24,000 nucleotides of DNA. Source: Candidatus Caldarchaeum sp. Its GTDB lineage: Archaea > Thermoproteota > Nitrososphaeria_A > Caldarchaeales > Caldarchaeaceae. Under the pieces are notes generated by a model. It was not told the origin of the DNA, did no database searches, and was given only the letters and a program-made list of their open reading frames with translations. A program made the translations under genes and the position numbers. The DNA lies in the NCBI GenBank assembly GCA_038740895.1, contig JAVYLK010000006.1:1-24000 (forward strand), in the 5' to 3' direction. Shown one piece after another: positions 22,483 to 24,000 of the stretch; positions within the stretch are counted from its first letter, which is position 1; every line of letters starts with the position of its first letter.

Positions 22483-23271
22483 ATGGTAAAGGTAACTTCA
22501 GAGGGGGTGGAAATCGTTTATGATGACGTAGGAAATGGATAACCAGCACTGTTGTTTATGCCGGGCTGGTGCCGTAACCGAACGGTTTTCCAAGACTTGG
22601 CTCCAGGATGCAGTGCGCATAGGCGGACACTCGTTCTTGACTGGCGAGGCCACGGGGGATCAGGACAACCTAAGGGCGATTTTGGGTTCGGTGAGCTGGT
22701 ATCAGATGCGATAGCAGTGATAGAAGCCAGCGGGTCCCAACAAGTTGTTCCGGTTGCACTTGCCCACAGCGGCTGGATAGCCATCGAGTTAAGGCGTAGG
22801 TTGAGGCAACGGATTCCAAAACTTGTGTTAGTCGACTGGATAGTTCTCGAACCACCTAAGCCGTTTCTTGAAGCCCTAAAGGGAATGCAAGACCCTGATA
22901 AGTGGCGGCAGACAGTAGAACACATCTTCTCACAATGGTTACAGTGCGCAGACAACAAGAGGCTTATCCAGTTTGTTCGCCGAGAGATGGGGTCGTATGG
23001 TTTCCAGATGTGGGCGAGAGCAGCAAGAGAGATTGCTGCAGCCTACGCAGAGTCAGGAAGCCCTCTCCACGCTCTATCTTCATTTAACCCGCCTCTTCCT
23101 GTATTGCATCTGTATGCTCAGCCACCCGACCCAAACTATTTGGCAGCCCAACAAAAGTTTGCTTCTTCACATTCATGGTTCAACGTGCTCAAGCTAGAAG
23201 CACGCAGCCACTTCCCGATGTTCGAGGTCTCTGACCAGATGGCATCCGCCATAGAGCGGTTTGTTAGGTAG
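22483..23271 (+). pseudogene. Alpha/beta-hydrolase fold gene interrupted by an in-frame TAA at codon 20
   Basis: ATG 22483 opens MVKVTSEGVEIVYDDVGNG, then TAA (22540-22542). The same frame then continues PALLFMPGWCRNRTVFQDL...DWRGHGGSGQP...ALAHSGWIAIELR... to 23271. The ORF track entry (22552-23271) begins at an internal TTG. The pre-stop peptide is the expected first beta-hairpin of the fold. Confidence 0.6.
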
Positions 23272-23557
23272 TGGGAAAACGAGATTGCATAAAATCGTGG
23301 GGCGAAAAGTCTTCGCAGTAATGGCGGAGATTCGGTTGTTGGATATCTTCTCAGAACGCTAGCTTAAACGTTGTGATTGCTATTTACGAGGAGCTCCTGC
23401 ACTATGGGGTGCAGGAAGTTGAAGCCGCTGTCATTTACCATTCCATGTTGGGTTTTCTGTCTTTAATCTCAGATGATTAAAAGGTATGCCTCACGCTCTA
23501 AAGACATGTCTCCAACGTAACTTTATTGATATTGAATGGGGTAGCTAACGATGGCCG

Positions 23558-23971
23558 TTATTTCAATGGAACATACATGCTGCTTCTTGTCGCGCCTACG
23601 CCAGCCCTGCCGTGGACGACTTTCTTGTTTGTGACGACGTATTCGCCGAGCCTGTGGCCGATCATCTCAGGAACGATCTCGACGGGCTGAAACTCCTTAC
23701 CGTTGTGAACGTGGATGGTTAACCCGACCATCTCGGGGATTACAACCATGTCCCTGCAGTGTGTCTTAATCGGCTTCTCAAGCCTCTGCCCCGACTCTAG
23801 AAGCTTCCTAGCCTTACGCACCTTGACCAACAGCTTGGACTGCGCAGGAGTGAGCCCTCTCTTGTAGAGGCTTCTCCTAGCCCTGCTGGGCAGGAGCTTT
23901 ATCACTGCATCCATGCTCATGGACGTGAGCTGCTCGACAGTGTAGCCTCTGTAGGTGAACTCCCGAACCAT
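23558..23971 (-). CDS. rps19p: 30S ribosomal protein uS19 (S19P/S15e)
   Basis: 137 codons. [11 protein letters not shown]...[12 protein letters not shown]...[54 protein letters not shown] is the archaeal/eukaryotic uS19 signature. The ATG overlaps the stop of an upstream ORF (TAATG). Confidence 0.95.
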   Translation of the reverse strand: MVREFTYRGYTVEQLTSMSMDAVIKLLPSRARRSLYKRGLTPAQSKLLVKVRKARKLLESGQRLEKPIKTHCRDMVVIPEMVGLTIHVHNGKEFQPVEIVPEMIGHRLGEYVVTNKKVVHGRAGVGATRSSMYVPLK

Positions 23972-24000
23972 TACCAGCCGTCAAGGCAGACCGCCTGCAT
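23971..24000 (-). CDS. 3' end of an unidentified upstream ORF running off the window
   Basis: The minus-strand frame ...[12 protein letters not shown] ends at 23973-23971 and shares one nt with the uS19 ATG. Only 9 codons are visible, so no family can be assigned. It does not look like the usual basic L2 C-terminus. Confidence 0.25.
   Translation of the reverse strand: MQAVCLDGW

Noticed and set aside
22518-22524. C-box-like ATGATGA matches here, at 18207-18213, and on the complement of 19360-19366, as candidate C/D-box sRNAs
   Set aside because: All lie inside supported coding frames (YDD, VMMT, AMMK codons). I found no correctly spaced D/D' CTGA boxes or terminal stems.
22518-22958. 146-aa minus-strand ORF
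   Set aside because: It is antisense to the alpha/beta-hydrolase frame, whose motifs (PGWC, WRGHG, HSGW) support the plus strand.
21205-23557. Islet as an intact integrative element with att repeats and an integrase
   Set aside because: No integrase or transposase ORF appears in six frames. By eye I found no direct repeat of the tRNA-Leu 3' end at the far boundary. Only the weaker decayed-insertion interpretation is retained.
1-24000. CRISPR arrays, rRNA genes, IS elements or long direct repeats
   Set aside because: No regularly spaced repeats were seen. The only recurring strings are tRNA T-arm/acceptor segments (GTGGGTTCAAGTCCCAC shared by tRNA-Trp and both tRNA-Arg), which tRNA conservation explains.

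Overview
Gene-dense archaeal chromosomal segment, probably crenarchaeal/TACK (Thermoproteales- or Thermofilum-like). That placement is inferred from tRNA genes with multiple, non-canonical introns, TATA-like boxes about 25-30 nt upstream of tRNA 5' ends and several start codons, and archaeal-type LeuRS, uS19 and TatA. All family calls were made by eye from motifs; no searches were run. I can support 6 tRNA genes: Trp-CCA with a canonical intron, Val-CAC, Arg-GCG with a D-arm intron, Arg-UCU with D-arm and T-arm introns, Thr-CGU and Leu-UAG. About 26 protein genes are supported. Housekeeping genes include leuS, uS19, tatA, an Mrp/ApbC Fe-S carrier, a PUA protein and a MazG-like protein. Transport and metabolic genes are a NitT/TauT-type ABC importer with a DsrE-like gene, an orphan form-II CoxL-like molybdoenzyme subunit and an orphan ECF S-component. 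The items most worth follow-up are: (1) a four-CBS protein whose C-terminal ~115 aa look like an HPF/RaiA ribosome-hibernation domain; (2) a co-directional membrane cluster of PRC-barrel/Zn-ribbon, GT-C glycosyltransferase, UPF0182 and a membrane-anchored alpha-crystallin-like protein; (3) a lone ESCRT-III/Snf7-like gene; (4) two tRNA-Arg genes with identical outer exons and introns at the borders of the divergent central part; (5) a 59-aa zinc-ribbon ORF missing from the ORF track, coupled to mrp by a TTGA stop/start overlap; (6) a low-GC islet between tRNA-Leu and uS19 carrying GYD, SnoaL-like and a nonsense-disrupted alpha/beta-hydrolase gene. No CRISPR array, transposase, integrase or rRNA was seen.
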